A DNA stretch of 64,000 nt from contig JAQGDQ010000010.1 of NCBI GenBank assembly GCA_030141605.1, forward strand, positions 248,001-312,000, read 5' to 3'. The notes beneath the pieces were generated by a model, which saw only the letters and a program-made list of their open reading frames with translations, was not told the DNA's origin and searched no databases. Within the stretch, counting starts at the first letter, position 1. Each line of letters begins with the position of its first letter. The stretch is from Tubiluchus corallicola. Its lineage: Eukaryota > Animalia > Priapulida. The position numbers and the translations under genes were made by a program. Positions 13,057 through 26,640 of the stretch are shown here, one piece after another.

Positions 13057-15583
13057 CAGTCATAAAAAAACCATTTGCAAAAACAACAGCACATTGTTGC
13101 ACAGAGTTCTCACTGGCAAGATCTTACAATTGCAATGCTTTGGCAGATTTGGTTTCAAACTCATCTAGCGGGCATGTTATAGAATGATAACGAAGTTAGT
13201 ACACCCATATATGTAACGGGGTAACCTGCTACGATTATTCTTACTTTCAGTGACTGAGCTTAGCTTACATTATTGGCTGTGCTATGATTATTTCGGGCGT
13301 ACAACATTAAACAAAATGTTTTTAAAAACAAAAAAATCTGGATGCCATCTGGTTAAAGTATTTAAGTATAGGCCACATCAAGTTCCATAGGTTATGCGAT
13401 TTTTCTCAGACAGCTTAAACTCTCCCCTTAATTAAATACTTAAAATGGATTATTTATATTTTTCAAATTGTTCTTCAACTACATATTGTATTATACGCCA
13501 TTCCAAAATGATTTTTTTCGATATGTGACACTCGCTCGGCAAGTTACAGAGTTCAGACATATTGTACTATCGAAAAGTCAACTTCCTTCAGTTTATTTAC
13601 AGATACCGTGCTTTTTCTGTAATTTGAAGACGTCAACTTTAGGCAGAAAACAGTGACTTGAGGAAATGGATTTTAAGGATAATAACCGTCTACAATTACT
13701 CGTAATTTACCACCGCCTTAACAGGAGAAATGTTTCCCGCAGCATTATAAATTTTTTATAGTCAGTCGAGCTCATTTACCATTTAACACATAAATCCGAA
13801 TCGTAGATAAATACGATTATGCCTTTGTCTTCTGCAGGCTTGAGCTTATATTTCACATAATAATGCATTTAGCAAGACGAATTGATACCTTTATGACGTT
13901 AGGTTGGATGCTAGGAGGCGGATTTATTCGTCTGGGGTTTACAATTACGATCAGGTTACAAGAGGATTGTCTTAAGCTCCTGAACGGAAAGGATAAACAA
14001 ATATTAGGTCGCCAACTAGACAATAATAATATTATCTCATTTTTTCATTGTGCAGCATTGCTCAGTAGACGCAAAATACATCATAAATACAGCACTTCTG
14101 TGAAAGAATTTATGCTTCAAACACGTACTACACTTTTCATGAAATGAATCGCACTAAATTAAAATTTATTTTTTTCACCACTTTACCGTGGCACAATACA
14201 CACTGCATGTAGAAGGACATGCGTACGTATTCGAATTTGGATTTCCCTGACTACCTTCTACCTTGACCTCAAGGTCAGTGAACCTAGCTGCCAAGTACTA
14301 ATGCTGAGTAAAACTCCGTCCACAGGAGGACGACAACTACAATGACGTCACGACGACGCCATAATTCACCAAAACCCTCTTGAGTAATCTAAAACTACAT
14401 TATTTCCACTTCTGGTATCACAAATTCTGCTAAAAATACGAGCAGTGCACAAGAACTTTGCAAAATTGTTACTAATTTTATTCAGTACCTCAATAATGTT
14501 TATAGTCATGATGTTTACGTTGTGATATCATCGAGTCTAGAATTAACTAACTACGAAACAAAATGGCTCAAACATTATAATTCTAATCCTTATACACACC
14601 CTATACGTACCAGAAACAAAAAATAATTTACTAATATTAAAATGCTCAGTTCATTTTATCGAGTACGAGATGCAGCAAATTGCTGTAAAATACAACGTAG
14701 TACAGTTCCTGTTACAAGGTATCTGTCACAACAGCTTCAGCAACAGTAGCATCAAGACGAAAAATCTTAGCTAAAATTAAAACCTAATCGAAAATAAAAT
14801 AAAAAATATAATAAATTGTACTATATCGACTACTAAAGATCGCTATCGATCACCAGTGCTATACGATCACAGCTTATGTATAAAAAACAATGGAGACGCC
14901 GTCATCTTTCGATCATCCTTTCTGGATCATCCTCGGAAAGGAATAATTCGTTTTCCCATAATTACATCACATCTTTATCAATGCACTGTTCGGAAATCCA
15001 CTCCAATCATTCCCCTGCTCTGTTAGAAAAAAGGAGGTCTAATCAACTACAAATGAGTAATTCTCCAGAACACCTGAGTCTCTACGTCTTCGGAGGATAA
15101 GAAGTATGATTAAGTATGAGATTATATCCAGGAAGATGAATGCAAAGTCAAGACACACCTGCATACAGTTCATGTTTGACTGAGTTTGAACATCAGTTTG
15201 AACACGGCAATATATCGTAAATGAATATCTAGGGTCGAGTTATGTCTATTGAGCAAAGAATTTCTAATTTCTATCCTGTCATAATGTTTATTACAACAAA
15301 ATGATATGTTTGCTTCACCATTCATTATGAAATATCTGTGATTCTATAATTTAGTAAACAATAATTGCGGAAATGATGTACAAAATAACGTAAAATGCGG
15401 ATTTGGTGTCATACGAAATAACGCGTAGCGTGAAATTAAAATCAGTAATACAGAACAAAGTTTTTTGTGAGTCATTGACTCACAAAACGGTTATGTTGCA
15501 TGACGTTGAATAGCATCTGTGCACTACACGTAAATGTCAGTCATATGATAATTATTAGAACCCAGCTGAATACTAGTCAAATA

Positions 15584-16031
15584 ATAACACTAATGTACAC
15601 ATCAGTTTGGAGTGGACGAGAAGGCACTTAAATGTTGGGAAAACAGATTGATTAACCAAACCGAAATGATTAATTCATCTAATTGAGGGAAATAAAAACC
15701 CGCTAACTAATCACTGCCTGAAAATTTTTTCTTCACTTTCTTTAAAACTAATAATTACTTAACAATTTTCTCTTTACTTTTTTCAAAACTGTAGGCTAGT
15801 TTATTTCAAACTGAAACATAGTATACTCTACACAGCACAGTGACTATACAAACCGTGTATGTACAAAATCTAAACATAGATATGGTCGTTTCAACTCTAA
15901 CCTTACTCACAAAAATTCGACCAACTCGAATACACGTCAAATCATAACACTAATGTACACACCAGTTTGGAGTGGACGAAGAGGTACTTCAGTGTTGAGG
16001 AAACGTTTCGATCAACCAACTCGAAATGATT
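15584..16031. repeat. Diverged ~88-bp direct repeat pair (15584-15671 and 15944-16031)
   Basis: Both copies begin ATAACACTAATGTACACA(T/C)CAGTTTGGAGTGGACGA and end CGAAATGATT; offset is exactly 360 bp. Confidence 0.85.
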
Positions 16032-19000
16032 GGGCGTATTACCAGCAAATTTCATTGATAAGTGCTTGGACGCAAGGAGTTTTTGAGAAAATTTCCTATA
16101 GTTGTCTTCACGGTGGTAATGATTAGTCTATGTGTTGTGGCTGAGCGCTATACACTCGAGGGAATAATGGTTTTAGACCGATTCGGACACCAGGAAATAT
16201 GAAAAACGAAAAATCGGCAAGACTGAAATGGTAAATCATTTATCACTGTGCCTTTTGAGAAAACGAAGTAACGAGGAAAACTAAAATTAGATATTTCGGC
16301 TGTCGGCAGTGGCGAGACACCGGGCAATTTATCCGAAATCGACTTGTCAAGTTAGATTATCTAAAATAAATGAAGAGTCCAGCAATTCTTAGTCTGAGTT
16401 ACTCATTTGATTTGTAATATAAAAAATTGTCTTGGGCAATAAATGTATACCTGTTATCAGATTTTGCGTTACTTTTATAAATGACAATTCTTTTAAGAAG
16501 ATTAACGTTAAAGTCACCTTTAGTAGAGAAACGAAAGTAATTCTGACACTGTGTGGCGGTTCAATGAGTTCATTCAACAGAATCGATTTATTCATTCGTC
16601 AGATTTTGTAAAATTTTGTAAGATCGTCTTCTGGGGATGAGAAAACAGCTGCATGTACACAGTGTGGCTCAACTAAGTAAAGCTAAACCTGTTTAGTAAT
16701 TTGGTGAGTGACCACCAGAGAAAACTGGGGTGGGGGGGGTGCGTTATCACTTGTCATAAAAACTGTAGCATTTATCTCGTTGAAGGCCGTGTGTACATTC
16801 GAGTGTGGCTAAGGCACTTGTGACTGTTCACTATCTCGTCTTAGACGCTAATCCTTGACAACAAGATGCTGGCGTTTGCCATAGGGCATAATTATTGCAT
16901 AAGATCTAGACAAGCAGTTATTATTGATTATGACAAAATTCGGAGCTTTAAACGATGTATTATAGGCCTATTTGCTCATACATATAAGGCGCTATTCATA
17001 CGGTTCTTTTGGTAAATAACAACACTGCTCAAAAATTGTATTTGTTTGTAAAGAAGTTTTTCTGTGCCCTTGTGCCATTGGACGTGTTTGTTAAAGTAGC
17101 TAAGCTTAATTTTCTCGCCAACAAGTTTTGTTACTCATTAACTCAAATTTCTCGCTAATTAGCTTAACACAGCGAAAAGGCTTCTATCCAATTAATTAGC
17201 CGGGAAAACAGAAACGCATGCACAGCGTGTGGCGTGTCATCCCCTAGCTGTCAATTGCCGTGAAATTGAGAAGGCTTCCCAATTGGCTTCATAACATGTT
17301 TGGGATAATTAAACCACAGGTTGGACAAAAATAAGACAAAGATAGCCTACTTTATTCCCCAGGTATAATGGTAAGATTATTAATACCAAAGTAAATACTA
17401 ACTTTTTCGTAAACATCGTAGTCGCACAACTTTCAAACAAATAACCTTCGTCATCTTCCCTTTTATTACGCGCGGGACAGTAACACTTAGCACGAAAATG
17501 ATGTGGTCCTACAAATTATTTGTATTATTTTAAAAGTAGACTGTGCGTTCTAAATCTATATAACTAATCGTTCTTTTCCGTCTTCGTGAAATTCCTGTAT
17601 ATTCATCACGATGGCGGTTTATGTCTCTATAGAAGCACTGCGAATTAAACTAGTTCTTCAAAGTATCAGCTTTGCTATATAGAACTATTTGGAGAAATTA
17701 GTGTAGTCAGAGTTAAACCAGGCAGATGAATGGACCACACTGTCGCTCCCAACAATAACAAAAATATTTGTGCTAAATCTCCATTTAGATTGCATGAACA
17801 GATACGGTGTGTCTATGAATCGCAAGCAATTTCTCACGACAATAGAATTTTATTTTCAAGTTGTTGCTACACGCTGTCTGCGATTAAATCAATTTAAAAT
17901 AGCCAAGGGGTTAAGACAACATTACACAACCACTGTCTATATTGTATACGTAAACGTTTATCTGGACGAACTTAACGGCTTAAGCCTTAACCTATGCTAC
18001 CACCATTAGCGTCATATTTGTCAAAAGCATAAAGCGTCATCTCTGGAGCGAAATATTAATTTTTGTTACAATGGACAACGTCTAAATGTAGGTTGTTGCA
18101 GTTTCAGCCGATAGAGTTACACAAAGGCAATGAAATCACAGAACTGGTTTTCTTAAAAAATTTCGCACTAGTATACTAAAAACTTACTATTTTAATTGTA
18201 CGTTACCAATAATTTTTAATGAAGACGCCATTAAAAATGAGCTAGTAGTTTACCGAAGTTAGTTATGCCAGTCGCCTTAAAACTTGACAAACTTTTCGAA
18301 ATGAACAAATACAGAGATGTACGCAAAAACAAATTTAAATTCCAACTTATCTGGTAAATCATTCAATGCATATTTTCTCTTTTGTGTTAACCTTGCCATA
18401 CGAAATATGCCACATAAATGTACAAACACAAGTGATAAATAAAACAGACAAAGTTTCAAAAGTGAGATAAATAAAACAATGGATTAAGGCTTTTTCGATA
18501 GGTTTTTATACTGATGTGAAAATGTTTTAAAAGCATGCCAACCTAGCATCTAGTTAGTTCGTGGCTTTATGCACGTGGATTTAGGCATAAACGAATACGA
18601 TTGTGCAGTTTGCCTTTAATACTTGTTGGACCCTATACAACTGTTTATTTTATTTTGCGACAGAAACTCAATTCATTGTCCTTTTGTAGCCTGAATCAAA
18701 TTGAATGTCACAAAATGAGACAGATACGTCAAGTTGTACTATGAATGGGCAGAATAAGCATGAATACGCTTCATAATCTCTGCAACTGCCAGGCAATGAA
18801 TCTGACCGCAGCTCTCAACTTAATAACTTTCCCTTCGCCTAATACACTCGACAGAATTGAAAAGGCTTTCAAGTGCAGAGACGAAATGAAAGGAAGCTGA
18901 ATGTTACCTTGCCATGAGAGATGCCACCCAGGCAGGTATTACACGGCTGCTCTTTTTCCTCGCCGATGCTGAGCAGATGTTTGAGTATTGTCATCAACTT

Positions 19001-22000
19001 TGTATCTCGGCTTGCCATTAGCTTAATACATGCAGCTTCCCTTGATTTATGTTTTGCAGGTCCGCCAGACTGCTCCCGCGAGACGCAGGGCTTTATGAAA
19101 TATGAGGGAGGAAGGAGAGAGCTAGCTGCTGCAGGTGATGCAATTTTATGATGATTACAGCTAGAGGATTATTATACTCGTGCAGTGTAATACGTTGGAT
19201 CAATCTCTTGTTGGAAGCAGGATCATAAAAATTAAAATTGTCCATAAAACGACGCTGCGACAGTTTATCAAGCTGTCATTGAGAGATGCTGTTACCAGTG
19301 AGAAATTGGATATTCGCGCCATAGAGATATAAATCATACGCCAAAACAGAATAACAGAGTCAGTAAAATGCTCAAATACTCCAAAAAGCTGTCAAACTCC
19401 GAATCGTATCATTGTTACGTTGTGTATCAATTATTGCAGTTAAGTAATGCTATTCCTTGTCACTAAATGGATGGGAGACCTCCGGAAAGACTGCTTCCGG
19501 GCCGTTTTATTTGCCAGACTGCCTAGCAATTTAATCTCGTTAATGATGTACAATTTTACATGTACTTTAGCATGGTTAGCCCGGTTAAACACTTCTGCCA
19601 ATTCAGTATCAAATTATTAAGAAATCGCCCATGATAATAACCTAGCTTACATCTCCACAACAACGATTCACAATGAGTAGGGCCTGCTTTGAATACTGGC
19701 CCGAACTTATAGAATGTTGAACTCTATAAAAATGAATTTCTATCAAGAATAATGGCACAAAATTGTTGTGAAAAAGCTTAATAATGATGTAAAATATATT
19801 ACAGGCAGCATACAGGTCACGGAGAAATTGTTCGCTTAAAATTTCAATACAACACATCCAGCCAACACGCACGTTCTTAAGAACAAAATAAAAGTCTGCA
19901 CAGGCCCTTTCGGCATTCATCGAGATAATAAAAGCTTTTCTTGAACAAGTACACCGTTTACAAAAGTGGCTGCGTTTGGTCTGGTTAAACTCGTTTTCAA
20001 GTGTTTCGCGAAAGGTTCCCTAAACTAACTCTCCCGCAAGTGCCAACCAGAAAAAGCTCTTATATAGGTTTGCCTCTCCCAACTTTCTCTCTGGTCGCAT
20101 TTGTTCTTATACTCACGAAAACCTTTTCCCTTGTACTTGCAGCAAAATGGCACTTCTGTATCGTGGAATGTTGTCTATTACACTGGTCAAATTTGTACTT
20201 AACTTGTGAAAAGCTTTTCCTCTGTATTTTCCAGTAAAATGGCATCCACTCCTATGCGCGGCGAAAGGTTGTTAATTACGCTCGCAGAGCCTCGCACCCA
20301 TGGGCAACGAATCCCTTTTAAGAGGTGCCGTAAAACGCAATGATCTTCATGCGACAGCAGCAGAGCAGTTAGAGGAAAATTCCACAAAGAAACAGAAACA
20401 GAAACAGAAACGAGACTGCTTGTTTATGGAATCGCTTTGTTTGAAAAGTATGTCCGTGATATGAACGAAAACATCGAAAACAAAGAACGTTTTCATAAAG
20501 CGTCGCGCCTCGCAAAATTTCGCATGTTGTAACAGCGCTTTTAACTTTCGACTGGAACAACAAGGTTGCTCGTTCAAGACTACCCGAGGAATGCTGAAAC
20601 AACACAGACGGTTTTCACAAAGTTTAACAGCAGCTTGAAGATTCTCGGGGATACGTGGACGTAATATAATTCTCGAATCACTAGTTTTAAACAGGAGTTT
20701 GGGCTCTCACAGCGACATCAGAGGGCGCTTGTGAAAATTATGACACAGGTCAAGAACTAGCGAATCGTTATTTATATATTCTGGCCATTTTTTACAGCTG
20801 TGACAAACTATGAAATACTTTACTCTGAAAACCTTTCTCCTAACTTAATTAATTATGTTAGGATGGAAGTGATAACGTTTATCGTCATTACCATTCCTAT
20901 GTTTTCACGAACATCTGCATCCATCCCATTCCAAATGGGGAGACATTGTACTCCTGATTCCTTCATCCATCTACCTTGTACTTCCGAAATTACACTTTAT
21001 TTAAATAAAATCAGCCTTGCTTCTTGGCCATCTTACTTCTTTCAGTTCTGTGCTCAGACCAAAGTCCAACCTTTTCCCTCTGCAAAGTCACTTCTTTGGC
21101 TACATTACTTCAAGTCACTTCGTCGCCCTTCCGACTGAGACCTTCGCCTTGGTGTTCTAACCTTGCTTAGGCTGTTGGGCATTAATATTCTTCCAGAGAC
21201 CTGTTGCAGCCTTTTCGTTTTCAAGAGCGTGCCTAACTTGCACCCACGCAGAATTCAAAACCACCCTCGACCTGCGTCCTCTTACGCATGCCCCATTTGC
21301 GCGCATCAACAAACATTATCTTTTTGATGTTATAAATTATTATCGTTTTTATCAAATTTGCGAGTAAAATCCTTTCGCCACATCGATTTCTTTGCATGTC
21401 TTAAGTTTCTGCATTACGGAAAGGGACTGAACAGAATGCGCAATTTGCGCATACGCCAAAAATGGATGAATTAAGTGCGCATGCTCGGCAAATTCTTCAA
21501 TTAAATGCACTCAGTGCATTTATCACATTAAAACAAGAATAATAATAAATTTTATTAAACAATTTAGCCGTGGATACTAATTCATGTTTAATATTAATTC
21601 TTAAAAGTATCACCTGATATTGGATTCTGTACAATTACAATGAAACCACAAGCATCAATGTAAATCAAATAACGTCGTTGCCTAACACTCAACTGATGCG
21701 ATTAATTTGATACAGGAACATGTGTTATTAATTTTAGAAATCACAAAAAATCATTAAAAAAGCTGCCGAAGTCTGACCACAGGTAAGAAGTCTTCAGCGT
21801 AATAGTTTCTACAAGAATTTTTTCAAAAAACTGACTAGCTGAACCTAAAATTGCTTTTTGGCAATAATAATTCATAACATTCACAGCAAAGCTTGAAGGC
21901 CGTTGGGAATTTACTAACAGCTTTGTGTTTGGCCTTCATAACTCTCGCTCCTTGACAGCCAATGTTTTATTCAAAATTACAGTATCGACTAACTAAGCAG

Positions 22001-22897
22001 TTCCCAGGACCGTTGTCTTGGATTACATGGCTGTGTATGTGCAGGAACCTCAGGATGTCGAGCGCTGATCTTTCATGGCTGCTAACGCCTTGTCAAGGAG
22101 ATTATTACTACCTCTTCACATTAACAGCGGTTCATTTAATTGAAAAATTTCCCTTTTAAAATGCCGCGTTGCAATCTACGTGACATTGTACTTGCATTAA
22201 ATGGACTCAAGCAGGTAATTCAAGCCGACTATTATAATTATTATATGCATTAAGTTATGATTAATTGTGGCACTTCGGCACTTTCGTACTCATAAATGAT
22301 TTTAACCGTGCTTTACTCTTTACTTAATTGTTTTCCTTCAATGCGCCTCGTGCAAGTGATATATATCTTTACTAATTGCTGCTGTATAACCGCAGGCAAA
22401 CAATTCCGCAGGATTATTAGCAGGCAACGTGTAATTAATATTTGGCGACTGACGTGTTTAACTTTGACTGGCTTCACCATCGATTCAACGAGGGCATGGC
22501 TTCACCTACTGATTATATATTAAGTCAACATTTGCTGAGAAATAAGACAATCCGTTTACAATTACAATGATTAGTAAAAAGTAAGAAAGATGAGACGAAG
22601 ACTTAAGTGAATAGTATGGGCCTACTGCTTACTTCATCTCTCATTTAAGGACGTGTCCAGTGACATTTTTGTGGAATGAATATGCCAACTCTGTGCAGGA
22701 ATACATTGGAACTATATTAATGTCACCTGTCAATTGTGACGGCGGTTTTAATTGCTTTGTAAATGTCGCATGATGTCGTCGTTCAGTTGCACACATACTT
22801 GGTCATACACGGTTCTGTACAACTACAGCTAGCAGCCGTTGTGTAGTTTATCAGGCAAGATTGACTGAACATTAGGTATATTAATTGAACGCTGACT

Positions 22898-22961
22898 TAG
22901 GACACATCCTTAGCTGATACCACTATCACTAGGACATATCCTTAGCCGACACTACTACCAC
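22898..22961. repeat. Two-copy 32-bp tandem duplication
   Basis: TAGGACACATCCTTAGCTGATACCACTATCAC followed by TAGGACATATCCTTAGCCGACACTACTACCAC. Confidence 0.85.
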
Positions 22962-23382
22962 ACCACCAGCACCTACGCATGGTTATTGTTGACTGAAGTG
23001 AGATACTAAAGAAGCCCAATTCTGTTTGGTGTAAGTTTAGTGTGGATTTAATTGCATTAAAAATTTAATATCTCATGAAGCCCATTTATATTATTAAGCT
23101 ATTTTTGCTGTTTTTTGTGATATTCAACAATATACAAGTCAACATAAATTTCCAGTTTTCGCTTCAGCGATATGGTTAGGGAGCAAAAATTTGTTTGCGC
23201 TTTCCATCTGAAACTATTAAAGTTCTGTGATACTGAAATTCCGTGGACGCCTCTTGTCCCTAGTTTTTGTTCTCTTGCTTCCCTTGTGTAGTGCCAATAT
23301 TTTCAAAGAAAGAGCAAAGTCCCTTCACTTCTTCAAGTAGATCCGAAATGGAAGAAATTTAAAATTACCAGGACGTCAACAA

Positions 23383-23818
23383 ATTTGGGGTTTAACAATT
23401 ACTCAGGAAAAGCAGACTGACACATTTCATAAAAGTCTTCTAAGAAAAGTTTTAAAGAAAAGATGGCCATACATAATCAAAAATGAAGATTTATACACCA
23501 GAACGAAAGAAATTTCTTGGAGTTCAAAAGACAAGATCCTAAGATTAACATTGCTAGGACATCTTCTAAGACTACCAAATGAAGCACCAGTAAGAATCGC
23601 CTCGAATGAAGCCTTAAAACCTTGCAAAAAACCACCTGGCAAACCAAAAATAACTTGGATAGCTAAGACAAATAAAGATGTTCAACAACTTCAACCAAAT
23701 CTATCTTTAGGAGTAGAAGAACTTAAGCTGTTAGCTGCAAACAGAAGTGGGTGGAATACTCTAGTAAATGTTGATGCCATGCCTACAAAAGGTGGAATGA
23801 GACTTTGAAGAAAGAAAT
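23383..23818 (+). mobile_element. 5'-truncated non-LTR retrotransposon (RTE-like) ORF C-terminus
   Basis: The frame of ORF 23551-23808 is open from 23341 and reads IWGLTITQEKQTDTFHKSLLRKVLKKRWPYIIKNEDLY...RLTLLGHLLRLPNEAPVR...PPGKPKITW...LAANRSGW. This is the typical post-RT C-terminal signature of RTE-type LINEs (W-x-L-T; LLR..L...W...I.NE.LY; GH..R; G.P..TW; A.NR..W). Confidence 0.85.
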
Positions 23819-26107
23819 GAACGTACAGTATAATGTCTTAACTACTTTATAATGGGAGATTTATATCGTCATCGACTCATCATTTATCAGCAAGCGTCAT
23901 TATCAATATCATTATAAACGCCATCACCACCACCATCACCGCCGCCACTACCATCATACTTAATCAACATGACATTGCCTGGTCGACATCATTAATAACA
24001 ACTAAGGAAATATAATTATTTTAGTGAAATGATAGTAGATAGTAACTGGGAGGTGTGTTCTCTGCTGAATGCAGAACTTTCTTCGTGAATAACACGGAGA
24101 ATGTCGAATCCCGTTGGGTTCACCATAACATTTACTTATAATATAACTTCAAATCGGCCTTTACAGGGTTAATGCGAGCTATAAGCTGTCAATTGTTCAT
24201 AAACTCGGCTAAATAAATTGCATTTTAATGAGGCTCGGTGTCTCACGGAGAGAGAGAGGCTGCGCGGATGCACTCGCAGTAATGACTACAGCAACTGCAT
24301 AAAATGAATCGGAAATTAGTCTAAAAGCTTTTGATCCAGATGAAATTGCTTTAGTTTAGGCAGAGTGAAGGCTGAATTAAGTCAATAATAATGTACTACC
24401 GGGAAAGCTAGCGGGTAGGAATTGTGAGGTTTTCTCCCGAAAACCAATTGCCTATAGGAGCTGCAATTAAATTTAATCAAGAAACACGTTACCGGCCAGA
24501 TATTGCCAATACTAGCGAGGTAGACTATTAAGTGTATCTTATTAAAGTTAATTTCACTGATCTACTTTACTTTGAACAAATACAGAGCTAATTTCATCCG
24601 AAGAACGAATAGCGGCTCCTTATTTTGGCAGTATTTGTTCAACGCAAACAATAAAAAAATCAAACAATCTCTAAGCCTTATTATTAATAGACACTTACAT
24701 AAAAATGGTGAGAAATCACCCAATTTGGTCAGACTGGTCTAACAGGAATAAATCCCATTGTACAAGCAACGGGACTTTTTCTTTGTTGTAACCCATTTAT
24801 TGTGGTAAATTACACTCGAATCGGCAGCACATGTCAGTATTCTCATGCAAGTATTGCTCTCCGGAAACCTCTCTATTTACCAAACCTCTCTACAGTCCAC
24901 ACTTTCCATAAATGCATTATGCAATATGGTGCAATAACAAAAAGAGCACGCATGGTTTTAGCGCGGGGCAATAGCTTTGTTGTAACACTACGGCAACTGG
25001 ACAACGTGAACTCCAGTATCCCACCTTCTGGGCACAAGTGCTATCTTCTGAACACAAGTGTAATGGAGGACTAGTTTCTACAGTATACCTGCGCAATTAA
25101 GTAGACCCATAGGCGCAGAGCATTGTTGACAGAGGTACCCAAGAGGTTTCGGCGCGGGCCCCTTGACGGGACGCTACATAATAGGAACCATCTGTCAAGA
25201 AATTTCACTCCAGTAAGGATTTTGTACAATGTGCGGGCCATAAAACAGCGGCAGTTAACATCTGTTATACCTTTATACGGGGAATATTAGCAGCGCTTAT
25301 GAATTAATGACAGAATATTATATACAGCTTAAATTTAATCAGCTAAGCTAAGCTATTCAACCCGAGCAAATAATCCGTCGGTTTTTACAGTTCAATGAAA
25401 CGTATAATGAGAAATTTTAGTTATTCATGAATGTTCCGTCAGCAGTTAAATTTTGCTAAATATAAATAACGAAACCGTTAAAGTTAAACGAAACGTTAAA
25501 GAAAAATATGTTCAAAGACTGTTTAAATAAATACTGCCGGGCCAAAACTCCTGTTTTTAACAGAAGTGATTTTTAACCGAAATTCTAACAGAACAGAACA
25601 GACATCAGACAAAGAGTGGCTCGTATCTGCTAATGGAAATGTAATTCCGGTTTCGTAAACAATACTAGCTTTTTTGCAATTAAGCAATTAGGTCAAACCC
25701 GAGGGCGTTGAAAATAGTAAACATATTTTTACAATCACGTAGAACTTATTGGAAAGGACCTATTTATCTCACAGATGTATGATCCAACAATGGCTGGAAT
25801 ATAGGCGGAAATAACGCAATTATGTCTTGCGCTTCCTTCCAATCCTATATGTGCGTGTGGCGTGTGGGTTCCCGCAGGCCTGTACCGGTGAACCACCACT
25901 TTGGTGTTAATAATCATTATCATTACCAGAAATTACCACACTTTATGAAACACAATATTAACGGAATTTAACGCCAGTTGCGGTTAAAATTGCGGTTTCG
26001 GTCGAGCTGTTATCAGCGCATCTACTGGTGATCCTTTAACCGCTATTACGCGATCCTTTTTCCGCGATGTGCCCTTGAAGTGGTGGTCTTTTGACTGGTG
26101 GACTTTT

Positions 26108-26640
26108 TATATATGTATGTATATGTATGTAGTTTGTTGACTAAAACAAGTTACATGTATATACGAGGAACGAGGTAAATGCCACAACCGATACATTAGT
26201 GATTTTAGTCCAAATGTCACTTTACGTACATTTCCTACTCAAGGTTATAGCATTAAGTGATTAAAAACAGTGTTATGCATACAAGGTACATCAGCATAAA
26301 AGCTGCAAAATTTCATAACATATCATATAACAATTAGTGTGCTCAAAGAAGTGAGTTAAATCAGCAAAGTTTACATTGTCGTAGCGGTTTCTAATATTTT
26401 ATGGTAGGAGGCATGTCTGTATAACGTGTTTCTCAGTTTGAATGTCCCCACAAGGACATAACCTATTTTCCCTTGACTGTCTCGCCCATCTACCCGTTTC
26501 TATCCGCAGCCTATGTGACTGAAGACGCATTCTTGTGAAGCTTATCCGATGATGCTCAAATAATGTCGATTCAAAACGAGGAGTTTCAAGACCGGGGTTC
26601 AATTCCAAGTACCTATACACCCTATACCGTATATGCAATA
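26108..26640 (-). mobile_element. 5'-truncated non-LTR retrotransposon 3' end (C-terminal Cys/His domain, RTEX-like) with (ACAT)n tail
   Basis: Minus frame reads YLELNPGL...FTRMRLQSHRLRIETGRWARQSRENRLCPCGDIQTEKHVIQTC. After an in-frame TAA (26399-26401) it continues NIRNRYDNVNFADLTHFF...LLC to TGA at 26291. A 3' UTR then ends CAACAAACTACATACATATACATACATATA (~26138-26108). Clade assignment is from memory. Confidence 0.85.

Noticed and set aside
14220-14395. Possible Helitron/MITE remnant (CCTTGACCTCAAGGTCA); similar-looking patches at ~9060-9290, ~34080-34340, ~39880-40085 and ~63860-64000
   Set aside because: They look like decayed repeats, but no TIR, TSD or second copy is demonstrable within the window.
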